The notes: generated by a model not told the origin, from the sequence alone. 64,000 nucleotides of DNA from Parvibaculum sp. (GCF_019635935.1 NZ_JAHBYN010000001.1:2507532-2571531); one strand, 5' to 3'. Positions 21,154-31,005 are shown, counted from the first letter of the stretch. Program-made: numbers and translations.

Positions 21154-21255
21154 AGCGTTTCCAGGTGAAGTGGAGGCCGGTTCACCGTCCGGAAACGCGA
21201 CAAAACAAAGACCTAGAGTCGTTCATCGTTTCATGGAAACGATGAACGACTCTAG
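21150..21255. mobile_element. Bru-RS/RIME-like non-autonomous palindromic element (MITE-like)
   Basis: CTAGAGCGTTTCC…GGAAACGCGACAAAACAAAGA, then a perfect 20-bp stem (21213-21232 / 21236-21255); bounded by CTAG. Confidence 0.8.
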
Positions 21256-22571
21256 ATCGCGCGTCTCAATCGCGGAAAATAAAATCCGAGCGAGGCGGCC
21301 CGCATCAGGTTGAAGCCTGTCAACGCCGCCCAGAGCCCGTGATTGCCGTAAGGCAGCAACAGCCACCACAGTGCCAGAAATATCAGGCTCGATGTGAGCG
21401 CCGCATTGCGCATTTCTGGTCCCCGCGTCGCGCCGATGAAAATACCGTCGAGCTGGTAGCACCAGACCGACAGCACCGGCAGCATCGCCGCCCAGAAGAG
21501 ATAGACCCGCGCCACCGCGCGCACTTCCGCATCGACACTGAGAAAATCGATAACGGCGCCGCCGCCCGCGAAAATGCCGAGCGACAGCACACACGCGATC
21601 CCCGCCGCCCACAGCGTCGAAAGCCGCACCGAACGGTCGAAATCGTCGCGGCTGCGCGCGCCGACCGCGCGCCCGACCAGCGCCTCGGCGGCAAGCGCAA
21701 AGCCGTCGAGGAAAAAGGCGCTCACCGTCACGAATTGCAGCAGGATCGAATTGACCGCCAGCGTCACCGTTCCGGCCTCGGCGCTTTTTGCGGTGAACCA
21801 GGCAAAGGAAAGCATCAGCACCACGGTGCGCAGCATGATGTCGCGATTGACCGCGATGGTGCGCGCAAGCTGCGCCGCATCCAGTAGCCGCGCCCGCGTC
21901 CATTGGCCGGGATAGAAGCGCAGATAATGCGCCGCGATGCCGAGCCCGAGCAGCGCTGCGGAAAATTCGGCAATCAGCGTACCCGCCGCGATCCCGGCAA
22001 CGCCCCAGCCGAGCCCCAGCGCCAGCAGAATGTTGAAGAAGATGTTGACCAGGTTGAGAAACACCTGCAGCACCAGTGCCACCTGCGCGTGCCCGAGCCC
22101 GATGAACCAGCCGACCAATGCGTAATTGGCAAGCGCCGCCGGCGCGCTCCAGACGCGAATGTCGAAATAGTTGCGCGCCAGCGGCTCCACGTCCGGCCCG
22201 CCGTCGAGAAGGAAGAAGGCAATTTCGCGGATCGGCCATTGCAGGGCAATCAGCGCGAGACCCACCGCGCCGGCAATCAGCATCGCGCGACCGAGCGCGG
22301 CGCGGATTTCTTCGCCGTCCTTCGCGCCCAGTGCCTGCGCGGTGAGCCCGGTCGTTCCCATGCGCAGGAACCCGAAAGTCCAGAAGACCATCGTGAAGAT
22401 CAGCGCGCCGATGGCGACCGCGCCGATATATTTCGGATCGCCGAGCCGTCCCATCACGGCGGTATCGGCAATGCCGAGCAGCGGCGTTGAGAGGTTGGAC
22501 AAAACGATCGGCGCGGCAATCGCCAGCACCGTGCGGTGCGTCACCCGCGATGCCGGCGTCACGGCGCTCAT
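21252..22571 (-). CDS. MATE family efflux transporter (DinF-like)
   Basis: LAIAAPIVLSNLSTPLLGIADTAV, FGFLRMGTTGL, FFLDGFA, LDGIFIG. Confidence 0.92.
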   Translation of the reverse strand: MSAVTPASRVTHRTVLAIAAPIVLSNLSTPLLGIADTAVMGRLGDPKYIGAVAIGALIFTMVFWTFGFLRMGTTGLTAQALGAKDGEEIRAALGRAMLIAGAVGLALIALQWPIREIAFFLLDGGPDVEPLARNYFDIRVWSAPAALANYALVGWFIGLGHAQVALVLQVFLNLVNIFFNILLALGLGWGVAGIAAGTLIAEFSAALLGLGIAAHYLRFYPGQWTRARLLDAAQLARTIAVNRDIMLRTVVLMLSFAWFTAKSAEAGTVTLAVNSILLQFVTVSAFFLDGFALAAEALVGRAVGARSRDDFDRSVRLSTLWAAGIACVLSLGIFAGGGAVIDFLSVDAEVRAVARVYLFWAAMLPVLSVWCYQLDGIFIGATRGPEMRNAALTSSLIFLALWWLLLPYGNHGLWAALTGFNLMRAASLGFYFPRLRRAI

Positions 22572-23005
22572 TTGTCGGCAGGTTCGTCCGCCGGCTTCAG
22601 CAGGAAGTGTCCGTGCGCGGCGGCGATGGGCCGCGCCCGGTCGTCCTGCCACGCCTCGGCGCGCACCGTGGCGACGCGCCGTCCCTGCTTGGTGATCTCG
22701 GCGCGGCCATAAGTGTCGACGGGCCGCCCGGAGCGCAGATAGTCGATGGTGAGGCCAATGGGCTTTGGCAACGCGCCCGCGCCCGCCTCGAAGGCAAGCT
22801 GCGCGATGGCCGTCGTCTCCAGAAACGCGCCGATCACGCCGCCATGCAGCGCCGGCAGCACGGGATTGCCGATCAGCTTCTGCGAGAATTGCAGCACCGT
22901 CGTGATCTCGTTGCCGCGCTGGTCGATGCGGATGCCGAGAAATCGCGCATATGGGATCGCCTGCATCAAGGCGTCGATGTCGGGCGCCTTTGTATCCTCG
23001 CTCAT
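22568..23005 (-). CDS. PaaI family thioesterase
   Basis: LIGNPVLPALHGGVIGAFLE, TIDYLR, GRRVA. Confidence 0.88.
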   Translation of the reverse strand: MSEDTKAPDIDALMQAIPYARFLGIRIDQRGNEITTVLQFSQKLIGNPVLPALHGGVIGAFLETTAIAQLAFEAGAGALPKPIGLTIDYLRSGRPVDTYGRAEITKQGRRVATVRAEAWQDDRARPIAAAHGHFLLKPADEPADK

Positions 23006-23526
23006 TGGCCGCCGTCCTTCTTCTGCGCCAGCATCGCCAGCGCCTCGGCGGCTGCTTCGGGCGTCATCGGCATCGGCATGGTGCGGTTGGCCGCCAGCAT
23101 GAAGGTGCCGACACAGGTGGCGATCGGATCGTTCTCGTCGGTGTGATAGGCGGTGCCGCGTACAAAGGCGATGTTGGTCGTCACCTTGTAGCAATGCGTA
23201 TGCGCCACGAGGTCGAGCTTCGGCGTCGCCGGCTTCATGTAGTCGATGCGCAAATCGAGCGTCGCGATCGACATGCGCTCGGGCAGCGCCAGTTGCACGG
23301 CGATCCCGCATGCATTGTCGAGCAGCGAGGTGATGACGCCGCCGTGAATGACGCCGGTTTCGGGGTTGCCCACCAGCTTTTCGTCATAGGGCACCGCAAG
23401 CCAGGCTTCGTTCGGCGCCGCGTTGACCACGTTCATGCCGAGCGCCTTCGCATGCGGCACATGCTCGATCAGCACGTCCTTCATCAGCGCGATATGTTCC
23501 GGCGTGATCTTGAAACCCGAGGCCAT
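23002..23526 (-). CDS. PaaI family thioesterase
   Basis: LVGNPETGVIHGGVITSLLD, ATLDLRIDYM. Confidence 0.88.
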   Translation of the reverse strand: MASGFKITPEHIALMKDVLIEHVPHAKALGMNVVNAAPNEAWLAVPYDEKLVGNPETGVIHGGVITSLLDNACGIAVQLALPERMSIATLDLRIDYMKPATPKLDLVAHTHCYKVTTNIAFVRGTAYHTDENDPIATCVGTFMLAANRTMPMPMTPEAAAEALAMLAQKKDGGQ

Positions 23527-23646
23527 GACATTCCAGAAAATTGCATGAAGTAGCGATTTTGCGTTCTAGTAGCGCCATGATCGTTTGCCAAGTCAATTGG
23601 CATTTGGATCATACGCCGGTTGCATCGCGCGCCATGCGGGTCAACA

Positions 23647-24168
23647 ATGTCCGTGGGGACGTCGGAGGCAATATCTGCGCCGGAAATGGAGCGCAAGCTG
23701 ATGCTGCTTGTCGAAGGAGGCTTGACGCCTCTCACCGATCTCGATGCGTTGACGCCGCCATTGCCCATGCTGATCGCCTATTGGGAGAGTAAGCGGGCAG
23801 GCCGGACGATGCCCGCGCCCGCCGACATCGACCCCACCGAGATCCCCCGTCTGCTGCCCTACATGGCCATTGCCGACATCACCTACGAACCGCTCGACAT
23901 GCGCTACCGCCTGATGGGCACCCGCCTCGTCGAGATGGGCGGCGTCGATCGCACCGGCACCTCCATTCGCGAAGGTCACAGCGGCGAGCGTCTGGAGGAG
24001 CGTCTGGCGGCCCTGCAGCGCATGCTGGCATCGCCCGGTCCCGCCGCGCTGGGCGGCCGGCTCGACTGGCTCGGCCGCAGCTACCGTAAGTTCGAATGCG
24101 TGCATCTGCCGCTCTCCGCCGACGGCGAAAGGGTGACGCGCCTTGTGGCGGCCTACGCCTTTCCGTGA
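23647..24168 (+). CDS. Stand-alone PAS_5 domain protein
   Basis: LIAYWESKRAGRTMPAPADIDP…LLPY…RYRLMGT…LPLS. Start uncertain (23647 or 23686). Confidence 0.75.
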   Translation: MSVGTSEAISAPEMERKLMLLVEGGLTPLTDLDALTPPLPMLIAYWESKRAGRTMPAPADIDPTEIPRLLPYMAIADITYEPLDMRYRLMGTRLVEMGGVDRTGTSIREGHSGERLEERLAALQRMLASPGPAALGGRLDWLGRSYRKFECVHLPLSADGERVTRLVAAYAFP

Positions 24169-24236
24169 GTGCCGCCGCCGATCCCCTAACTATCTGAAAA
24201 TAAAACGATTCCAGAGACCGCTTCGGGCCCCCGAAA

Positions 24237-24264
24237 TTGACGGTTGTCGTCATTTGAGTAGAGT
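24237..24264 (+). promoter_or_regulatory. sigma70-like promoter (TTGACG-N16-TAGAGT) with overlapping TGACG-N5-CGTCA operator
   Basis: Palindrome at 24238-24252 lies over the -35 box of the TetR gene. Confidence 0.55.
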
Positions 24265-24316
24265 GGGGCGGAGCAGACGATTCCGGGGCGGGGCAGCCCC
24301 GGACCCAGGAGGAAAG

Positions 24317-24973
24317 ATGGCCGACGTCAAGGAAAGGCCGGTGGTGGAGGGTAGCACCTCGGCCGCCGCAAGGCCGCGCGGCAAGCGTGAACAGACCAAA
24401 CACAACAACCGCGAGGCGATCCTTGACGCGGCGCGCATCGTCTTCGCCGATCTCGGCTACGGCGCCACATCCGTCCGCGACATCATCCGCAAGACCGGCC
24501 TCGCGTCCGGCACCTTCTACAATTATTTCAAGAGCAAGGAAGAAGTCTTCGAAGCGTTGATGGACGAAGGCATGCGGCGCATCCGCCCGCGCCTGCGCGC
24601 CGAGCGCATCCGCTCGCGCACCTTCGAGGATTTCATCCGCAACGCCTACCGCGCCTATTTCGAATATCTGGCGACCGACAGCGATACCTTCCAGGTGATG
24701 CGCCGCAATCCCAACACGATGCGTGTGCGCATGGACTCGCCCGAAATTCTCGCCGGCTTCGAGGAGATCCGCGAATATCTCGAAGAAGACATCCGCAATG
24801 GCACACTGCCGGACGTCGATTCCGAATATCTGATGGCCGCTCTCGTCGGCATCGCCATGGAAATTGGCGATCGCATGTTGCGCCGCCCGGAAATGGATGC
24901 CGAGGCCGCCGCCGCTTTCGGCACACAGCTGGTCCTCAGCGGCTTCCGTGCCCTGCCGGCCAAAAAATCCTGA
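24317..24973 (+). CDS. TetR/AcrR family regulator
   Basis: ILDAARIVFADLGYGATSVRDII…GTFYNYFKSKEEVF; AGGAGG RBS. Confidence 0.93.
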   Translation: MADVKERPVVEGSTSAAARPRGKREQTKHNNREAILDAARIVFADLGYGATSVRDIIRKTGLASGTFYNYFKSKEEVFEALMDEGMRRIRPRLRAERIRSRTFEDFIRNAYRAYFEYLATDSDTFQVMRRNPNTMRVRMDSPEILAGFEEIREYLEEDIRNGTLPDVDSEYLMAALVGIAMEIGDRMLRRPEMDAEAAAAFGTQLVLSGFRALPAKKS

Positions 24974-25010
24974 ACCCGCGAAATCCAGGCACCGCCAAGG
25001 AAACCCGCCG

Positions 25011-26036
25011 ATGAGCGTCCAGAAATTTATCGTCCGTACCCTGCTGAAACTCCCCGACGGCATCCTGATAAAAATGTCGGGCGGCAAGCCGCTGGCGATC
25101 GACGGCCGCATTCTCGACGCCCGCACGCAGTTTCTGGCCGTGCAGGGCGCCAAGCAGCCCTCGATCACGACGCTCGACCCCGCTGCCGCCCGCGCTGGCA
25201 CGGCGGCGGGCCTGAGCCTGCTCGACGATGCGCCGCGCGAAAGCGTCGCCGTCCGCGAGCTCTCGGTGCTGGGTCCCGGCGGTCCGCTCGCGGCGCGCCT
25301 CTACACGCCGAAGGACGCTTCCGGCCCGCTGCCCGGCCTCGTCTTCTTTCACTTCGGCGGTTGCGTCATCGGCGACCTCGACACCTGCCACACCTTTTGC
25401 GCGATGATCGCCGACGTCGCGCAATGCGCGGTGCTCAACGTCGCCTATCGCCTGGCGCCTGAACACAAGTTTCCGGCGGCCGTCGACGACGCGCTGACCG
25501 CATATCGCTGGGCCGAAGCGCACGCCGCCGATCTCGGCATGATCGCCGGCCGCATCGGCGTCGGCGGCGACAGCGCCGGCGGCTATCTCTCGGCCGTTGT
25601 CGCGCAGGAGGAAAAGCGCGCCGGCCGCGCCGGTCCCGCGTTGCAATTGCTGATCTATCCGGTCACCGACTGGGAATGGAAGGGCGGCTCGATGGACAGT
25701 TGCGCCAATGTCTATCCGCTGACCGCCGACATCATGTCCTGGTTCGCCGGTCTCTACCTCAACAACGCGGCCGAGGCAAAAGACGTCCGCGTCTCGCCGA
25801 TGAAGGAGCCGGACTTGTCCGGCCTCGCACCCGCCATCGTCGTGACGGCGGGCTTCGACCCCTTGCGCGATCAGGGCGCGGCCTATGCCGAAAAGCTGAA
25901 AGCCGCCGGCGTCCCCGTTACCTATCGCTGCGAAGACAGTCTCGCCCACGCCTTCACCGCCATGACCGGCGTCGTCCCCGCGGCAAAAGCCGCCTGCGAA
26001 AAAATTGCCACGGATGTCGACAAGGCGCTGAACTGA
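25011..26036 (+). CDS. Alpha/beta hydrolase, hormone-sensitive-lipase family esterase
   Basis: YRLAPEHKFP, GDSAG nucleophile elbow, DPLRD, HAF; oxyanion motif reads HFGG. Confidence 0.9.
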   Translation: MSVQKFIVRTLLKLPDGILIKMSGGKPLAIDGRILDARTQFLAVQGAKQPSITTLDPAAARAGTAAGLSLLDDAPRESVAVRELSVLGPGGPLAARLYTPKDASGPLPGLVFFHFGGCVIGDLDTCHTFCAMIADVAQCAVLNVAYRLAPEHKFPAAVDDALTAYRWAEAHAADLGMIAGRIGVGGDSAGGYLSAVVAQEEKRAGRAGPALQLLIYPVTDWEWKGGSMDSCANVYPLTADIMSWFAGLYLNNAAEAKDVRVSPMKEPDLSGLAPAIVVTAGFDPLRDQGAAYAEKLKAAGVPVTYRCEDSLAHAFTAMTGVVPAAKAACEKIATDVDKALN

Positions 26037-26037
26037 A

Positions 26038-26610
26038 TTGGAAGCTTTCCTCGTTTCGCTTGGCGTCGTCGCCATTGCCGAAATCGGCGACAAGACACAG
26101 CTTCTGGCGCTGCTGCTGGCCGCCCGCTTTCGCGCGCCGGTGCCGGTCATCGCCGGTATATTTGTCGCGACGGTCCTCAACCATGCAGGCGCCGCCTTTG
26201 TCGGCGTCCTGCTCGCCGACTGGCTGACCGGCGAAATTCTCGCATGGATACTCGCGGTTTCGTTTCTGGCCATGGGTGTATGGGCGCTGATCCCCGATGC
26301 GCCGCCCGGCGACGACGAAGTGAAGCCGCGCTTCGGCCCCTTCGCCGCCACCGCCATCGCCTTCTTCCTGGTCGAAATGGGCGACAAGACTCAGATCGCG
26401 ACCGCCGCGCTCGCCGCGCATTACCAGTCGCTCGTCCTCGTCGCTTTCGGCACCACGCTCGGCATGATGGCGGCCAATGTGCCGGCGGTGCTGCTGGGCG
26501 ACGTCGCGGCGAAGCGCGTGCCCCTGCACATTGTCCGCGCCGCAACCGCCGCCATCTTCATCGTCCTCGGTCTTGTCGCCGCCGCCGGCGCCTATGGCTA
26601 TGCGTCCTGA
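26038..26610 (+). CDS. TMEM165/GDT1 (UPF0016) Mn2+/Ca2+ exporter
   Basis: Twin E[IM]GDKTQ motifs; TTG start 1 nt after the upstream stop. Confidence 0.92.
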   Translation: MEAFLVSLGVVAIAEIGDKTQLLALLLAARFRAPVPVIAGIFVATVLNHAGAAFVGVLLADWLTGEILAWILAVSFLAMGVWALIPDAPPGDDEVKPRFGPFAATAIAFFLVEMGDKTQIATAALAAHYQSLVLVAFGTTLGMMAANVPAVLLGDVAAKRVPLHIVRAATAAIFIVLGLVAAAGAYGYAS

Positions 26611-27476
26611 TCCGATTGCAGGAATGTAATCAGCATCTCGTTGATCGGCTGCACCTCCTCGCGATGCACCCAATGCGAGCCCTCGGCGAAGAAGAGCGTT
26701 CCCCCGCGCTCGCAAAGCGCGATACTTTCGCGCGCCAGCGCCGTCTCGGCGAACTGGTCCTTCTCGCCCCAGATCAGCAGCAGCGGCGTTTCGATGCGGC
26801 CCGGCGCCTCGGGCATCTCCTTTTTCAGCAGCGCCCGGTACCAATGGAGCATCGAGGTCAGCGCCTTCGGCTCGCGCCACGCTTTCTTGTAGGCCTCGAC
26901 CTCGCCGTCGAACACGCCCGCGCGCGCCGCCGCTTTCAACGTCTCGACGAATGGCTCGAAATTCTTTCGCCGGATCGCCATTTCCGGCAGCCAGCGCAGC
27001 CGCATCGCCTTCACATAGCGGCTTTTCTTGCGCTGCGCTTTGTCGCCATACATCGACCGTTTCCAGACCGCCGGATGCGGCGCGTTGATCGCCGCCGCCT
27101 TTTCCAGGTGCGCGCCCCGCGTCGATGCGAGCCACCACGCAACGCTCGCGCCCCAGTCGTGACCGACGACGCGCAGCCGCGTCTCGCCGAAATGCGCCCC
27201 GAACGCCACAATGTCGTCGGCCAGCTCGTCGAGATCGTAGGCCCGGACGCCGCGCGGCTTGCCACTCAGCCCGTAACCGCGCTGGTCCGGCGCGACGACG
27301 CGAAACCCCGCCTTCGCCAGCGCCGGCATCTGGTGCGACCAGCCGAGGCAGGTGTCGGGAAAGCCGTGCAGCAGGATCACGAGTGGCCCGTCCGCCGGAC
27401 CCATTTCGGCATAGTGCAGCGAGATCCGGTCGAGATGCGCCACGCCGAACCGTGCTTCTTCCATACCGTTTATCAT
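26598..27476 (-). CDS. Alpha/beta hydrolase, epoxide-hydrolase-like
   Basis: LLHGFP, APDQRGYGLS, VGHDWGA, LLIWGEKD, SHWVH. Confidence 0.88.
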   Translation of the reverse strand: MINGMEEARFGVAHLDRISLHYAEMGPADGPLVILLHGFPDTCLGWSHQMPALAKAGFRVVAPDQRGYGLSGKPRGVRAYDLDELADDIVAFGAHFGETRLRVVGHDWGASVAWWLASTRGAHLEKAAAINAPHPAVWKRSMYGDKAQRKKSRYVKAMRLRWLPEMAIRRKNFEPFVETLKAAARAGVFDGEVEAYKKAWREPKALTSMLHWYRALLKKEMPEAPGRIETPLLLIWGEKDQFAETALARESIALCERGGTLFFAEGSHWVHREEVQPINEMLITFLQSDQDA

Positions 27477-27605
27477 TTTGCGTATTTCCTCCGGCGGCCC
27501 GCCCGTGCCTATTCTCCACCCGCACCGTGGCGAAGTTGGGACCGCCTCTCTATGCTTGGCGCACACAGCAATTTGCCAAAAGCGAAAATTCCGGGGAGTC
27601 TCAAA

Positions 27606-28580
27606 ATGCGAACCATGCGTGTGCATGAATTGTCCGACGACATTGACGTCCTGCGTATGGACGAGGTCGAGTTGCCGCCGCCGGGCGCAGGCGAGCTGCG
27701 CCTGCGGCTCAAGGCCTGTTCGGTCAATTTTCCCGACATCCTGATGGTGCAGGGCAAATACCAGTTCAAGCCCGAGCTGCCCTTCGCGCCCGGCATGGAA
27801 GGCGCGGGCATTGTCGAAAGCATCGGCGCGGGCGTGACGAAGTTCAAGCCGGGCGACCGCGTCGTCGCGGGGCTCCGCACCGGCGGCTTTGCCGAGGAAG
27901 CCAATGTCGCCGAAGCCGCCTGCCGCGCCATTCCCGGCGCCATGGATTTCGCCGAGGCCGCCGCCTATCCGGCCGCCTATCTCACCGCGTACGTCGCGCT
28001 GGTCTGCCGCGGTCATCTGCAGAAGGGCGAAACGCTTCTGGTCCACGGCTCGACCGGCGGCGTCGGCCTTGCCGCTGTCGAAATGGGCAAGCTTCTCGGC
28101 GCCACCGTCATCGCCACCTCGGCGTCCGATGAAAAACTGAAAGTGGTGAAAGCGCGCGGCGCCGATCATGTGCTGAATGTCACGCGCGGCTTCCGCGAAC
28201 AGGTGAAGGAACTGACGGAAGGCCGGGGCGCCGACGTGATCTACGATCCGGTCGGCGGCGATGTATTTGACGAAAGCACCCGTTGCATCGCCTGGAACGG
28301 CCGTCTGCTGATCATCGGCTTCACCAGCGGCCGCATCCCGACGGTGTCGGTCAACATGCCGCTGATCAAGGGCTTCTCGGTCATCGGCGTCCGCGCCGGC
28401 GAATATGGCCGCCGCGACCCCGAAGCCGGCCGCGCCAACATCGAAGCGGTGTACCGCCTCGCGGTGGAAGGAAAAATAAAACCCCACATCTGCGCCCGCT
28501 TCCCCCTCGACCGCGCCGTCGACGCCATGCGCATGCTGCAAAACCGCGAAGCTGTAGGCAAGGTCGTCATCGAGATGTGA
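27606..28580 (+). CDS. NADPH:quinone oxidoreductase (MDR family)
   Basis: VNFPDIL, PGMEGAG, LVHGSTGGVG, YDPVGG, GKVVI. Confidence 0.9.
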   Translation: MRTMRVHELSDDIDVLRMDEVELPPPGAGELRLRLKACSVNFPDILMVQGKYQFKPELPFAPGMEGAGIVESIGAGVTKFKPGDRVVAGLRTGGFAEEANVAEAACRAIPGAMDFAEAAAYPAAYLTAYVALVCRGHLQKGETLLVHGSTGGVGLAAVEMGKLLGATVIATSASDEKLKVVKARGADHVLNVTRGFREQVKELTEGRGADVIYDPVGGDVFDESTRCIAWNGRLLIIGFTSGRIPTVSVNMPLIKGFSVIGVRAGEYGRRDPEAGRANIEAVYRLAVEGKIKPHICARFPLDRAVDAMRMLQNREAVGKVVIEM

Positions 28581-28593
28581 AGCGCGGCCGCGC

Positions 28594-28685
28594 AAGAAAG
28601 AGGTTTGCACGCGGAGACACGGAGACACGGAGAAGAGATTACTGGCGCTCCGCGCCTCCGCGTCTCCGCGTGCAAAACCTTTCTT
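28594..28685. repeat. Long REP-like hairpin built from 8-nt C[AG]CGGAGA units
   Basis: Left arm TTTGCA-CGCGGAGA-CACGGAGA-CACGGAG; right arm CTCCGCG-CCTCCGCG-TCTCCGCG-TGCAAA; lies between convergent genes. Confidence 0.8.
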
Positions 28686-28688
28686 CCC

Positions 28689-29579
28689 TCAAACGCTCCG
28701 TTGTGCCTTGTCCTTGTCGTTGGCGCTGCGGATCATTTCGCGCATCTTCCCCCAGTCGTCGTCGGTGAGCTTCGACAGCCGCGAGAAATTTCCGCCGCCG
28801 GCCGAATAGCCCGCGCCGTCGATGGCGATGGTCTGCCCGGTCAGATATTCGCAGCCGTCGCCCATCAGAAACGTCGCGAGGTTTTTCAATTCGTCCATCT
28901 CGCCGACGCGCCCCATCGGAATGCCGTCGCGTGAGCCTTCGCCGTCGGTCGACTGGCCGGGCGAAAGCCGCGCCCAGGCGCCTTCGGTCGGAAACGGCCC
29001 CGGCGCAATCGCGTTGAGGCGGATGCCGTAAGGGCCCCATTCGGCGGCGAGCGATTTGGTCATGATGTTGACGCCTGCCTTCGACATCGCGCTCGGCACC
29101 GTGAAAGGCCCGCCATTCCATATCCATGTTGTCAGAATAGAAATCACGCTGCCCTTCACCTTGTCGGCGATCCAGCGCGTGCCCACCGCATGCGTCACGT
29201 AGAAACTGCCGTGAAAGACGATATTGGCGATCGCGTCGAAACCGCGCGGCGAAAGGTCTTTCGTCGGCGAGATGAAATTGCCGGCCGCATTGTTGACGAG
29301 CCCGGTCAGCGGTCCGCCATCGGCCCAGATTTCGCCGACCATGTCGTCGACCGCCTGCGCAACGCGGATGTCGACGCTATGCGTCTTGACGGAGCCGCCG
29401 TGGCGGCCCATCAGCTCTTTCGCCGTCTCGTCGAGAACGTTTTTGCGCCGCCCGCAGATGTAAACTTCGGCCCCGAGCCGAAGATAATCCTCGGCCATTT
29501 CCTTGCCGAGCCCGGTGCCGCCGCCCGTCACCAGAATGCGCTTGCCCTTCAAGAGCCCGTCGCGAAACATCGAAACCAT
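28689..29579 (-). CDS. SDR oxidoreductase, 2,4-dienoyl-CoA reductase-like
   Basis: TGGGTGLG, NNAAGNF, SAMSKAGV, NAIAPGP; GGAGG RBS. Confidence 0.88.
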   Translation of the reverse strand: MVSMFRDGLLKGKRILVTGGGTGLGKEMAEDYLRLGAEVYICGRRKNVLDETAKELMGRHGGSVKTHSVDIRVAQAVDDMVGEIWADGGPLTGLVNNAAGNFISPTKDLSPRGFDAIANIVFHGSFYVTHAVGTRWIADKVKGSVISILTTWIWNGGPFTVPSAMSKAGVNIMTKSLAAEWGPYGIRLNAIAPGPFPTEGAWARLSPGQSTDGEGSRDGIPMGRVGEMDELKNLATFLMGDGCEYLTGQTIAIDGAGYSAGGGNFSRLSKLTDDDWGKMREMIRSANDKDKAQRSV

Positions 29580-29679
29580 CTTGTCCTCCCGCATGTTTGT
29601 TGGGGAGGAGATTAGCGCGCGGCGCGGACGCCGTCTCGCGTCGCATGATGACGCAAGGGAAGCCGTCGTCCCCTCACGC

Positions 29680-29946
29680 TCACTTCCCGCGCTCCGTCAT
29701 CATCGTCCACAGCCGGACGACAATGAAAATCGGCACCACGACGATGGCGCCGAGCACCAGATATTGGAACGACCAGTCGATGGCCTCGAAGCCCATCTCC
29801 CAGACCCGGATTGCCGTGTCGAGGAAGTCGCGCCAGAGGTCGATGGGCTTGATGCCGAGAATGGCGAGCACGATGCCGACCGCGACCGACGCCACCGCCA
29901 GCTTGAAAATTGTGGCGAGCACGGGCCCGCCGAATATCCGGTCCAT
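29680..29946 (-). CDS. Small membrane protein, DUF6460-like
   Basis: IFKLAVASVAVGIVLAILGIKP…YLVLGAIVVVPIF. Confidence 0.7.
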   Translation of the reverse strand: MDRIFGGPVLATIFKLAVASVAVGIVLAILGIKPIDLWRDFLDTAIRVWEMGFEAIDWSFQYLVLGAIVVVPIFIVVRLWTMMTERGK

Positions 29947-29974
29947 TTTGAAATCCGCTCCTGTGACGCCGCTC

Positions 29975-30808
29975 TCAGTCCTTGCCAGCATAGACCGTCC
30001 GGGCCGGGAAGGGGATGGTAATTCCCTCGCGGTCGAACCGCTCTTTCACCCGCCGCGTCAGCTCGAATTTCAGCGGCCAGTAATCGGTGGTCAGGCTCCA
30101 GACCCGGACCGTGATGTCGACCGAGCTGTCGCCCAGATTGCCGACGCCCATGAAAAGCTCCGGCTCCTTGAGGCAACGCGGATCGGCCTCGAATACGTCC
30201 CGGATCGCGTCCATCGCCTTGCCGATATCGTCGCCATAGGAAATGCCGAAGGAAAAATCGACACGCCGCGTAGGATGAAACGAAAAGTTGCGCAGCGCCT
30301 GTCCCCAGATCTGGCTGTTGGGCACGAAAATCTGCACATTGTCCGGCGTCGTCAGTTCGGTGGTGAACAGCGACAGCAGCTTCACCGTCCCGGCAATCCC
30401 GCCGACTTCGACATAGTGCCCGGCGCGGAACGGCCGGAAGATCAGCAGCATCACACCGGCGGCCACATTCGACAGCGTGCCCTGCAAGGCAAGGCCGACC
30501 GCAAGACCGGCGGCGCCCAGCAGCGCGATCAGGCTTGCCGTTTGCACGCCGAATTTCGCCAGCACGGCCAGCAGCGTGAAGATCAGCACCAGATAGCGCA
30601 CCATCGTGCCGAAGAAATTCTGCAGCATCTCGTCGATGCCGGGAATGCGCGCAATGCCGGCAATCGTCCACGTCCTCGCTTTTCCGGCGAACCAGAAGCC
30701 GGCAATCAGGATCAGGATGGCCGACAGCATCGACAGCCCGTGCTCGATGAAGGTCGGCAGCAGCGCATCGAGATGTTCGCGGAGTTCGGGCGGCAACTGA
30801 TCGAACAT
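29975..30808 (-). CDS. mscS: Small-conductance mechanosensitive channel
   Basis: LGAAGLAVGLALQGTLSNVAAGV, PFRAG, IFVPNS. Confidence 0.92.
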   Translation of the reverse strand: MFDQLPPELREHLDALLPTFIEHGLSMLSAILILIAGFWFAGKARTWTIAGIARIPGIDEMLQNFFGTMVRYLVLIFTLLAVLAKFGVQTASLIALLGAAGLAVGLALQGTLSNVAAGVMLLIFRPFRAGHYVEVGGIAGTVKLLSLFTTELTTPDNVQIFVPNSQIWGQALRNFSFHPTRRVDFSFGISYGDDIGKAMDAIRDVFEADPRCLKEPELFMGVGNLGDSSVDITVRVWSLTTDYWPLKFELTRRVKERFDREGITIPFPARTVYAGKD

Positions 30809-31005
30809 GGGGGCGGGGCACTCCGTGTCGTGAAAGGGCCATGGAAGGTATCGCCAGTCTCCCATGATGATCCTCTGAATTGAAGCCCCGCCACGGCCCG
30901 GCGGTTTCGTCGGTGGCTTCATTCGAGCGTATTTCGGGAGATAGGCTGAAAACGGGGATCGAGCGCATCGCTGACAATTGGCCGCAACCTGCTAACCTTC
31001 CGCCC

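Noticed and set aside
26244-28628. 778-aa plus and 676-aa minus long ORFs
   Set aside because: Each joins one real gene to the antisense frame of its neighbour; not fusions.
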